This document shows positions 1 through 6,950 of a stretch of DNA of 20,000 bases, in pieces. Location of the stretch: IMG/VR virus record IMGVR_UViG_3300042462_000205, one strand, 5' to 3'. Position 1 is the stretch's first letter; every line of letters begins with the position of its first letter. The translations under genes were made by a program, and so were the position numbers. This stretch comes from an uncultured virus (IMG/VR IMGVR_UViG_3300042462_000205). Lineage: Duplodnaviria > Heunggongvirae > Uroviricota > Caudoviricetes. The notes under the pieces were generated by a model. The model did not search any database. It was not told the origin of the DNA and worked only from the letters and a program-made list of their open reading frames with translations.

Positions 1-2
1 TT

Positions 3-767
3 ACACCAAATACAATTACCTATGCCGTACCAGTTAACAGCCAATTAGGGCAACGTATTGCCAAGGCTAAACTTGGCATTATATTCCACACTAGCTATGA
101 AGGCGATTCACTGGATGCAATGTCAGCAAACTATGGTGTGAACGTGAGTGGGTTAACTCAAACGTCGGCAGTATGGTTCGATGATGCAACTTATAAAGAT
201 TATACAGGTATTGCTAGTTTAACTCCGAGTGAAAATGCTAAAATACAAAAGCAAATTGCAGCCGCACAGGCAACAATGGCCAAAATTGGTCAGGACCGCT
301 TTGATATTATTCTAAATAATAAAGACTTTGCTCGCAGTATCAAACCATTCATTAATCAAATGGTTAGACAAGGCGCACAAGTGGGCGAGCCATTGCAGTT
401 CTTACAAAAGTTTGTTAATTACTACAACGACGAACTAATGAAGGGCATTGAAAACCTATCCGGCGGAATTGCAGGCCGTGCGGCACAGGCTCGTTTAGTA
501 AAGATTAAAGAAAAAGAACAATGGGTAGCAGATAACGCCAACAACTTGTTAGCAATACTGGCTACTTATAAACGAGTTATTGAACTTAAACATGCGTTAA
601 TGCGTAAACTACAACAGGTAGACAGCATCGGCACATTCCAAAAAACCAACGACGGTTATAAAGTAACTGCACCAGAAGGCTTTGTTGCTATAGGGCATGA
701 CGGTGGTGCAGTTAAGCTAGTCGATAGGCTTGAATTCAGCAGAACTAACGCACTACGACGTGACTAA
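3..767 (+). CDS. 5'-truncated conserved T4-like phage protein (DUF6267-like)
   Basis: The frame is open from base 3 (TPNTITYAVP...GIIFHTSYEG) through the tracked ORF, so ATG 120 is not the true start. The motifs PNTITYAVP, PEGFVAI and AVKLVDRLEFS match my recollection of a family conserved in T4-like aquatic phages. Confidence 0.7.
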   Translation, partial: TPNTITYAVPVNSQLGQRIAKAKLGIIFHTSYEGDSLDAMSANYGVNVSGLTQTSAVWFDDATYKDYTGIASLTPSENAKIQKQIAAAQATMAKIGQDRFDIILNNKDFARSIKPFINQMVRQGAQVGEPLQFLQKFVNYYNDELMKGIENLSGGIAGRAAQARLVKIKEKEQWVADNANNLLAILATYKRVIELKHALMRKLQQVDSIGTFQKTNDGYKVTAPEGFVAIGHDGGAVKLVDRLEFSRTNALRRD

Positions 768-802
768 AAACAAACATTATTGCATAGAATTTTTATGCAG
801 AT

Positions 803-810
803 GATAAATA
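803..810 (+). promoter_or_regulatory. T4 gp55-type late promoter (GATAAATA)
   Basis: Matches the TATAAATA late consensus. Intergenic, upstream of AGGAG and ATG 852; the same motif recurs before most genes in this block. Confidence 0.7.
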
Positions 811-851
811 AAAGTATGCGCGAAAGCGTAACATAAATTAGGAGAAATAAC

Positions 852-1220
852 ATGGCTACACCAGCAGCAATAAATCCAGCATCAACAACCTTAAACGTTG
901 AACAAGTAGGTCGTAATATTAGCTTTTTCACAGTTGACTACATCAATGACGTATCAGGTTCAGATGGTCCAGGTGAAACACAACAATTAGTATTAAACAC
1001 AATCCAAACATTGCACACAATCGTTGCTATTGGCCCATTAGCTGATGGTGATACACAACAAACTTTTGCAATCGAAGGTGACTTGTTCACTCCACAAGGT
1101 GGTATAACATTGCAAGCATCAATCCGTCTTCTTACAAACACCGGCGGCGTTGATGTTTCAAATGCAACAGTTACCGCAACTAAACTTGCTATCTTAACAG
1201 CAGCAGTAGTTGCAGTTTAA
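852..1220 (+). CDS. Small Ala/Thr/Val-rich putative virion protein, paralogue 1
   Basis: Strong SD (AGGAG), late promoter and own terminator. Shares GR-x3-F-F/Y-TV and I-x-T...I...G motifs with 1334-1651. Confidence 0.75.
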   Translation: MATPAAINPASTTLNVEQVGRNISFFTVDYINDVSGSDGPGETQQLVLNTIQTLHTIVAIGPLADGDTQQTFAIEGDLFTPQGGITLQASIRLLTNTGGVDVSNATVTATKLAILTAAVVAV

Positions 1221-1240
1221 TTATTAATTAAACAACAAAT

Positions 1241-1263
1241 AGCACTCTTCGGAGTGCTTTTTT
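1241..1263 (+). terminator. Rho-independent terminator with C(UUCG)G tetraloop
   Basis: AGCACTC-TTCG-GAGTGCT followed by a T run; a typical T4-type terminator. Confidence 0.92.
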
Positions 1264-1285
1264 GTGGCTAGTATTCTTAAATTAT

Positions 1286-1293
1286 GCTAAATA
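1286..1293 (+). promoter_or_regulatory. Late promoter (GCTAAATA)
   Basis: TAAATA core lying between the terminator and the SD of the next gene. Confidence 0.65.
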
Positions 1294-1333
1294 CTATTAT
1301 ACGCAACTAGCGTGACAAATTAGGAGAAATAAA

Positions 1334-1651
1334 ATGGCTACAGATTTAACAAGAGCAAAAGGCGGAGCATTTCCAATTGGCTCAGTAGGACAAACATTAG
1401 TAACAGGTCGTGAATTAACATTTTACACTGTGGGATTGACAGGTGTACATACAAATTATTCAGCAATCGATAGCGACTTTGAAAAATTAGTACGTGCAAT
1501 CGAAACAGTGGGTTCAATTGAACTTTTAGGTACACCAGGCGGTGACGCTTTCCGTGTAGCTATTTCAGGCGCAAACAAAACAGCAGGTGAATTACAAACA
1601 TTGCTGGCAGCGGCAGTAGCAACTACAACAGTGGCATCATACACATTCTAA
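1334..1651 (+). CDS. Small putative virion protein, paralogue 2
   Basis: Same leader as 852-1220 (AAATTAGGAGAAATAA..ATGGCTACA) and similar protein motifs. Confidence 0.75.
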   Translation: MATDLTRAKGGAFPIGSVGQTLVTGRELTFYTVGLTGVHTNYSAIDSDFEKLVRAIETVGSIELLGTPGGDAFRVAISGANKTAGELQTLLAAAVATTTVASYTF

Positions 1652-1671
1652 TATAATGTGTAAATTAAAAG

Positions 1672-1697
1672 AGGCAGTTTTATTACTGCCTTTTTTT
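1672..1697 (+). terminator. Rho-independent terminator
   Basis: AGGCAGT-tttatt-ACTGCCT plus a T run, preceded by an A run (possibly bidirectional). Confidence 0.88.
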
Positions 1698-1702
1698 ACG
1701 AC

Positions 1703-1710
1703 TATAAATA
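1703..1710 (+). promoter_or_regulatory. Late promoter, exact TATAAATA
   Basis: Perfect T4 late consensus directly after the terminator, 5 nt before ATG 1716. Confidence 0.8.
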
Positions 1711-1715
1711 TTGCT

Positions 1716-2138
1716 ATGGAAACATTGTATCGATATTACGCATATACCTTAATAGATATAACCGAAACTAACGTACTAACACAATCGGCAGAAAATCAAA
1801 AACAACGCAATCAACAACGAAATTGGGAAACAATAAACCAGTTATTAAGTTTGCGAGCACAGTTAATGGAATTTAATTATCTATCTGTGGTCACTGATGA
1901 TGTAGCCGAGTACTCATTTGGTATTAACTATACCGGTACACATAATATTTGGTCGTTTGACTTTGCAGTTGAGCGAGAAGATGTCTATGCATTCAATCAC
2001 GATAGATACGGTATACTCAAAGATGACTTTAAACTTGCACCTATTATACTTGGCTTAGATGAAACTGCTCAACCACCATTACCTTTATTCTACGCCAGTG
2101 GCGCGGACAAAAATATTTATTTTAAAACACGTAGTTAA
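1716..2138 (+). CDS. Conserved phage hypothetical protein (TLIDIT...RNQQRNWET)
   Basis: Start revised from 1656 to 1716 because the extension crosses the terminator and promoter. No SD, so probably leaderless. Confidence 0.7.
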   Translation: METLYRYYAYTLIDITETNVLTQSAENQKQRNQQRNWETINQLLSLRAQLMEFNYLSVVTDDVAEYSFGINYTGTHNIWSFDFAVEREDVYAFNHDRYGILKDDFKLAPIILGLDETAQPPLPLFYASGADKNIYFKTRS

Positions 2139-2153
2139 AAATACCACATAAGA

Positions 2154-2161
2154 ACTAAATA
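2154..2161 (+). promoter_or_regulatory. Late promoter (ACTAAATA)
   Basis: TAAATA core in the intergenic region, followed by a leader of about 85 nt. Confidence 0.6.
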
Positions 2162-2253
2162 TTAGTTAGATGCAACACTAATCATCATGGCACATATTAA
2201 GGCATAAACTAGGCTCAACGAATACGCATCGCTACTAATAAAAGAGAGCGATA

Positions 2254-2517
2254 ATGGCAAAACCTACAGATATTGAGAAAGAAAATTTAGAAGCACATGT
2301 CGAACTATGCGCCGTAAGGTACGGTAGCTTGGAAACTAAATTAAACAACTTAGAACAGAGAATGGATAAACTCGAAATCCATCTGATTGACATTAAAAAC
2401 AGTCTAACCGATAAGATATCAGGTGGCGACAAACAAACCATCAGCATCTTCACAACTATGATGGGCGTAGTACTAGCTGGACTTATTGGCTTTATTTCCC
2501 ATTCACTATTTAAATAA
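2254..2517 (+). CDS. Coiled-coil protein with C-terminal transmembrane helix (holin/XhlA-like)
   Basis: Heptad segment LETKLNNLEQRMDKLE, then hydrophobic ISIFTTMMGVVLAGLIGFI. A holin role is inferred from this architecture only. Confidence 0.6.
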   Translation: MAKPTDIEKENLEAHVELCAVRYGSLETKLNNLEQRMDKLEIHLIDIKNSLTDKISGGDKQTISIFTTMMGVVLAGLIGFISHSLFK

Positions 2518-2526
2518 AACTCTGCA

Positions 2527-2562
2527 ATGTCATCCTGTAATAAATACTTTATAGGATAACAT
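2527..2562 (+). promoter_or_regulatory. RBS-sequestering hairpin with a late promoter (AATAAATA 2539-2546) in its loop
   Basis: ATGT-c-ATCCTGTAA pairs with TTATAGGAT-a-ACAT; the 3' arm contains the AGGA SD of ATG 2564. Confidence 0.7.
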
Positions 2563-2563
2563 C

Positions 2564-2773
2564 ATGAAAATTGTTGAACTTACAAACAAACTACTACTAA
2601 CAATCACAAACGAAGAACACGAACTCTTAGAACAGTTCACCGGCGATAATACTATTGCTAAAAGTCAATTAGATGACCGCGAACAACTAATTGCAAATCA
2701 ACTCACAGTCAAAGATGTACTGTTAAGAACAAATGAAGCCGGCAAAATCTACTACAAAAAACGTATTGACTGA
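2564..2773 (+). CDS. Phage hypothetical protein
   Basis: SD AGGA, late promoter, 69 aa, N-terminus MKIVEL. Confidence 0.75.
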   Translation: MKIVELTNKLLLTITNEEHELLEQFTGDNTIAKSQLDDREQLIANQLTVKDVLLRTNEAGKIYYKKRID

Positions 2774-3224
2774 GATTGACGTTGAAAAAATACGTCGATT
2801 TACAGAAGCAGAGCTGGCTAAACATAGTAAAGGTCCGCTGCCATTCTGCTATCAACTAGGTGCAGATACATTAATCGTTGGTAAGTATAAAATAGTAAAG
2901 ATTACGGATAAAAATTGGCGAATAACTAAAGATAATGAACAGGTATTTGACTTTTTTAACAGAAAAGACGCCATATTTTACTGCATTGCTCTACACAAGC
3001 ACAAATATGAATTAGCACAAGAAGTACGAGTTAACGATAACTTAATTGGCGTACTTGAATTTGATGCTATATTATATAGATATCGCTATAAACAGGCACA
3101 ACAGAAGAACGATGATTGGAATATAGCATTATATTCTAATAAATACACTGAAACTATGTTACGTATCGAAGAATCAAAGAAACAATTGAAGAAGTCTATT
3201 GTTTTGATAAATAATATTAAATAA
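2733..3224 (+). CDS. Phage hypothetical protein (start uncertain; TTG 2766 possible)
   Basis: 163-aa ORF overlapping the upstream gene and filling the operon gap. Confidence 0.7.
   Translation: MKPAKSTTKNVLTEIDVEKIRRFTEAELAKHSKGPLPFCYQLGADTLIVGKYKIVKITDKNWRITKDNEQVFDFFNRKDAIFYCIALHKHKYELAQEVRVNDNLIGVLEFDAILYRYRYKQAQQKNDDWNIALYSNKYTETMLRIEESKKQLKKSIVLINNIK
3206..3223 (+). promoter_or_regulatory. Tandem late-promoter candidates (GATAAATA, ATTAAATA)
   Basis: Two TAAATA cores upstream of AGGA and ATG 3246. Confidence 0.55.
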
Positions 3225-3245
3225 TTGCATTAGGAAGAATTAACC

Positions 3246-3923
3246 ATGAAACTATCAGAAATGTCTCAGACATCTGCAAAAAAAATTAATAAAGTATTAG
3301 AAAGCCGCTTTGGCTTTGCTATTAATTATGATAATTTGTCTATTGCCAAAGCACAACGCTTAGGTGAAACAATATCATTAAACTTAAATAAAATCCGTCA
3401 TAGTGCGGATTTTCACAGAGCAGAAACAAATCCACGTTACATGGAATTGTTAACTGTACAAGAAGGCCTAAACACTTGGCTTACTGAACAACATCAACAA
3501 CTTAACGAAGGTGAAGTTGGTAATGCAGAAGTACTATTAGCTGCTAAAGATATGGTTGATTCAGTACAAGATACCATTGAGAAAGTTGGTAAAATGCAAA
3601 ATGAACAACTTCCACAATTGCTTGACAGCATCCGTGATCAAATTGGTAGTGAGCAAGCTGATGCATTTAAAAATGCAGTTGGCGCAACATTAGATCAACT
3701 AATGCAAAACTTACAATCTGCACGTGAAGGTGTTGACACTGGTGTACGTGTATTAAGCGGTGAGCAAGTGGATAATCCAATGGCTATGCCAGGTGACGAA
3801 CTAGGTGGTGAATTACCTCCACCACCAGAAAGTGACTTTGATGCAGAAGAACCAGCTGATGGTTTTGCCGCTACTGATGCAGCCGTTGGCGGAACCGAAA
3901 CATTGGGCAGAGAACTGCGTTAA
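3246..3923 (+). CDS. Helical protein with acidic Pro-rich tail; putative prohead core/internal protein
   Basis: Late promoter, MKLSEM N-terminus, internal LNE motif, acidic C-terminus. Function is inferred. Confidence 0.6.
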   Translation: MKLSEMSQTSAKKINKVLESRFGFAINYDNLSIAKAQRLGETISLNLNKIRHSADFHRAETNPRYMELLTVQEGLNTWLTEQHQQLNEGEVGNAEVLLAAKDMVDSVQDTIEKVGKMQNEQLPQLLDSIRDQIGSEQADAFKNAVGATLDQLMQNLQSAREGVDTGVRVLSGEQVDNPMAMPGDELGGELPPPPESDFDAEEPADGFAATDAAVGGTETLGRELR

Positions 3924-4315
3924 TGCGCTTACGTGAATTTGCTCACGGTCCAACAAACACTCCAGAGTCTAACCTAGTTACTGCTCTGGAGTTATTACGT
4001 CATCGTTCAGAAGATAAGTCGTCGCCAGCAACAATTAGTACACAAAGTCTTATTAATCTTGTATTAAACACAGATCACACATTTGACTATGAATCATTGG
4101 TTGATGCTAATGAAAACAATCCAGCAGTAAAAAACCTTATTAAAAGTTTCAATCAAGATCAAGTAGTACTTGCTCCGGTGCACGGTAATGAAGAAGAACC
4201 TACAACAACTAATATTGGCGGTACGGAACAAAATACATTCCAAACACCAGTAGACGATGTCAGCAGCATGGCCAAACGTGCTGCTAAAACCCGCGGCGCA
4301 CCTGTAGCACAATAA
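3923..4315 (+). CDS. Phage hypothetical protein
   Basis: TAATG coupling to the upstream gene; MRLREF N-terminus. Confidence 0.75.
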   Translation: MRLREFAHGPTNTPESNLVTALELLRHRSEDKSSPATISTQSLINLVLNTDHTFDYESLVDANENNPAVKNLIKSFNQDQVVLAPVHGNEEEPTTTNIGGTEQNTFQTPVDDVSSMAKRAAKTRGAPVAQ

Positions 4316-4316
4316 T
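4306..4316 (+). repeat. 11-bp direct repeat AGCACAATAAT, copy 1
   Basis: Identical to 5642-5652; both copies span an Ala-Gln-stop gene end. Confidence 0.85.
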
Positions 4317-4345
4317 TGACTAGCTAGCAGAGTCTGTGCTATAAT
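4316..4345 (+). promoter_or_regulatory. Sigma70-type promoter TTGACT-N18-TATAAT with extended -10 TG
   Basis: Near-consensus hexamers; ATG 4353 is 7 nt after the -10. Confidence 0.75.
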
Positions 4346-4352
4346 ATAAATT

Positions 4353-5651
4353 ATGATACCTATCCCACATACTCCGCTCGATGAAAACACAAATATTGTA
4401 GAATGGGCTAAAGAAAACAAACACATCTGTGCGCAACCATATACAACTCTACAATACTTTTTCAACGATGCAGTAAAACCTTGTTGTAATTTTAGTTTAC
4501 CTGCTACAACTGATTACTTCACTCCTATTCAAGAATTAAAACAAGCAATTGAAACCGGGCAGACTGACGAACGTTGCAAGTTGTGTTACAAATGTGAAGC
4601 GGAAGGCTTAATTAGTGAACGTATACGATCTTTGAATGTATGGGATGTTGATCGATTAAAGACTTTCGTTACTACTCGTCGATTGGGTTCAGATTTTTAT
4701 GTACACTGTACACTATCGGGCTTGTGTAATATGGCCTGTCGAAGTTGCAATGAGGGAAATAGTAGCTTATATGCGAAAATATGGACTGGTAAAGATGGTT
4801 TAACGGCAACATTATCCGATAATACACATGCATGGCAATCTCTATTAGACAATATCATTACCGCAGTTAATACACAGGATAATGTAATTCTTGTTGTGTC
4901 CGGCGGAGAAGGTTTAGTTCAGACTGATTTTTTTAAATTAATCGATTGGTTGATTGCTAACAATCTTAATAAGAAAATAACGCTACAAATTAATACAAAT
5001 GGCTCAGTCGACAAAGAAGAATTATTTTTAGAATTAACTGATAAATTTAAAGCTGTACATCTATCAATAAGTGTTGATAGTGTATATGAAAATTATTATT
5101 ATGTACGCTGGCCTGTCACCTGGGATAAGATACATAAAAATTTAAATTCATTTGTGCATTATGCAAAGACTATTCCAAATTTTAATTTTGGATTAACTCC
5201 GGTATTTTCAATTAATAATATATTCTATTTGTCTGATTGGATTAAATTCTTTCAATCGTTCGCTGAAGAACACGAAATCCCATATATCTATACCCTAGAC
5301 ACTCCGTTATATAATCCAGACTGGCTTGATATACAATATATGCCGACATATATTAAACAAGCCCTTGCAGAAGATTTATCTACCATTGAGAATAATCCTG
5401 CATTACTTAGTGGAAGCTGTGTTGGATTTAGGGCCAATGTGTTAAACATTATTCAAATAGCAAATAGTCCAACTACTCAGCCAAATCAACCGTCTGTATG
5501 GAAAGAATATTTAAGAAAAACAGCAACCTGGGATCATTTAACCAAGGCAAAGTTTGCAGAGCATAATAAAAAATTATATAATTTATTGAATAGTAATGAC
5601 CGCGCATTTTTTGATCGTTACAGACTAATGCAACCTAAAGAAGCACAATAA
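4353..5651 (+). CDS. Radical SAM protein with N-terminal Cys-rich twitch/SPASM-like domain
   Basis: CNMACRSC (CxxxCxxC), GGE and NTNG motifs, plus extra N-terminal cysteines (CAQPY, KPCC, CKLCYKC). Confidence 0.88.
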   Translation: MIPIPHTPLDENTNIVEWAKENKHICAQPYTTLQYFFNDAVKPCCNFSLPATTDYFTPIQELKQAIETGQTDERCKLCYKCEAEGLISERIRSLNVWDVDRLKTFVTTRRLGSDFYVHCTLSGLCNMACRSCNEGNSSLYAKIWTGKDGLTATLSDNTHAWQSLLDNIITAVNTQDNVILVVSGGEGLVQTDFFKLIDWLIANNLNKKITLQINTNGSVDKEELFLELTDKFKAVHLSISVDSVYENYYYVRWPVTWDKIHKNLNSFVHYAKTIPNFNFGLTPVFSINNIFYLSDWIKFFQSFAEEHEIPYIYTLDTPLYNPDWLDIQYMPTYIKQALAEDLSTIENNPALLSGSCVGFRANVLNIIQIANSPTTQPNQPSVWKEYLRKTATWDHLTKAKFAEHNKKLYNLLNSNDRAFFDRYRLMQPKEAQ

Positions 5652-5652
5652 T
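5642..5652 (+). repeat. 11-bp direct repeat AGCACAATAAT, copy 2
   Basis: Identical to 4306-4316. Confidence 0.85.
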
Positions 5653-5661
5653 CAAAATACA

Positions 5662-5690
5662 TTGATATCACCACATAAATAGTGTAGTAT
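5662..5690 (+). promoter_or_regulatory. Nested promoters: TTGATA-N17-TAGTAT and late CATAAATA (5674-5681)
   Basis: Both motifs lie in the gap before iscU. An imperfect hairpin at 5678-5704 precedes the AGGAG SD. Confidence 0.55.
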
Positions 5691-5717
5691 ATTAGTATAC
5701 TATTATAGGAGAATACT

Positions 5718-6092
5718 GTGGCTTATTCAGCTCAAGTTTTAGATCACTACGAAAACCCTAGAAATGTTGGTAAATTAGATGCCGCTTCATCTGATGTCGG
5801 CACCGGCATGGTAGGCGCACCGGCGTGCGGTGATGTAATGAAGTTGCAAATACAAGTAGAAGACGGTATAATAATAGATGCAAAGTTTAAAACATATGGC
5901 TGTGGTAGTGCAATTGCTAGCTCTAGTCTAGTAACAGAACTGCTTAAAGGTATGACAATAGACGAAGCGTTTACAATTAAAAATTCAGCAATAGCAGAAG
6001 ATCTTGCCTTGCCGCCCGTTAAGATACACTGTAGTGTCTTGGCAGAAGATGCAATTAAAGCTGCAATAAACGATTACAGGAGTAAGCAATAG
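5718..6092 (+). CDS. iscU: Fe-S cluster scaffold IscU
   Basis: DHYENPRNVG, GAPACGDVM, YGCGSAIASSS and the HscA-binding LPPVKIHC motif. GTG start with AGGAG SD. Confidence 0.97.
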   Translation: MAYSAQVLDHYENPRNVGKLDAASSDVGTGMVGAPACGDVMKLQIQVEDGIIIDAKFKTYGCGSAIASSSLVTELLKGMTIDEAFTIKNSAIAEDLALPPVKIHCSVLAEDAIKAAINDYRSKQ

Positions 6093-6244
6093 TGGAAGAT
6101 ATCGAAAGCCCGTGTATTGGCGTTTGTCATTTAGATAATGATGTGTGCCGTGGATGTGGTAGAACAACAGATGAAGTAGTCGAATGGTACAATTATACTA
6201 ACGAACAAAAACAAGCAGTGCTAGATAGGATATTCAATGATTAG
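6092..6244 (+). CDS. DUF1289/YdhL-like small 4-Cys predicted Fe-S protein (50 aa, absent from the ORF track)
   Basis: Hand translation from GTG 6092: MEDIESPCIGVCHLDNDVCRGCGRTTDEVVEWYNYTNEQKQAVLDRIFND. SD AGGAG at 6078-6082; overlaps the iscU stop and the iscA start. Confidence 0.88.
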   Translation: MEDIESPCIGVCHLDNDVCRGCGRTTDEVVEWYNYTNEQKQAVLDRIFND

Positions 6245-6560
6245 TCTGACAGAATTAGCCGCAGAGAAAATTAAGAAAAGCATTACTGCTCGCGGAGCAA
6301 ACACGCTAGGTATTAAAATTGGCGTTAAAACTGCTGGGTGTAGTGGTATGAGCTATGTACTTGAGTTTGTTGATCAACTTACAGCAGATAGTATTGAATA
6401 CAAATGTCACGATGTTAGTATTTTTACCACGCCAAAAGACCTAGTCTATGTAGACGGATTGAAAATGGATTGGCGTCGTGAAGGACTTAACGAAGGGTTT
6501 GAATTTATTAATCCAAATGCCACTGGTGAATGTGGATGTGGCGAGAGTTTTACAGTATGA
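6237..6560 (+). CDS. iscA: A-type Fe-S carrier (IscA/HesB family)
   Basis: ISLTELAA, GCSGMSY, F-x-NPNA and CGCGESF motifs. Confidence 0.95.
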   Translation: MISLTELAAEKIKKSITARGANTLGIKIGVKTAGCSGMSYVLEFVDQLTADSIEYKCHDVSIFTTPKDLVYVDGLKMDWRREGLNEGFEFINPNATGECGCGESFTV

Positions 6561-6913
6561 AATTCCCAGTAATTGAAATAGTAGATCGTTACACCATTGC
6601 TGTAGTCAAACACAGAAAAACCAATGGTACTAATCAAGAAGAATTAGATTTTTATCTAGCGCAGATGAAAGAAGTTAATATTAATCCTATGCATATTTTG
6701 GTATTAGAATTAATCGAACATCATGCGTATGTTTGGTCATTGGAAGATGACTTTAAAAAGAATCGAATCGACGGTCAGCCATTGGAAGAAATTGGCCGTA
6801 TAGCAATAGCAGTTCGAGACCAAGGATACAAGCGTACACAACTTAAAAACGCATTAGCAGAACTAGCCGGGGATACGGTTAGAGAAATTAAACAAGATCA
6901 TAGTAGTGAATAA
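6557..6913 (+). CDS. Helical hypothetical protein (DUF6165-like)
   Basis: Start revised to ATG 6557 (ATGA overlap with the iscA stop). EIVDR..I..VK, W.LED and R..LKN motifs; the family is recalled, not verified. Confidence 0.6.
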   Translation: MKFPVIEIVDRYTIAVVKHRKTNGTNQEELDFYLAQMKEVNINPMHILVLELIEHHAYVWSLEDDFKKNRIDGQPLEEIGRIAIAVRDQGYKRTQLKNALAELAGDTVREIKQDHSSE

Positions 6914-6917
6914 TTAC

Positions 6918-6946
6918 TTGATTTTTGTGATATAAGAATGTACACT
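6918..6946 (+). promoter_or_regulatory. Sigma70-type promoter TTGATT-N17-TACACT
   Basis: Correct spacing; the second ATG (6954) lies 7 nt after the -10 and has no SD. Confidence 0.55.
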
Positions 6947-6950
6947 AAGT

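Noticed and set aside
781..799. Hairpin TGCATA…TATGCA as a terminator
   Set aside because: Weak AT-rich stem with no following T run; it may be a processing or stability element but that is unsupported.
1656..1715. N-terminal extension given by the ORF track
   Set aside because: It crosses a terminator and the TATAAATA promoter; ATG 1716 fits better.
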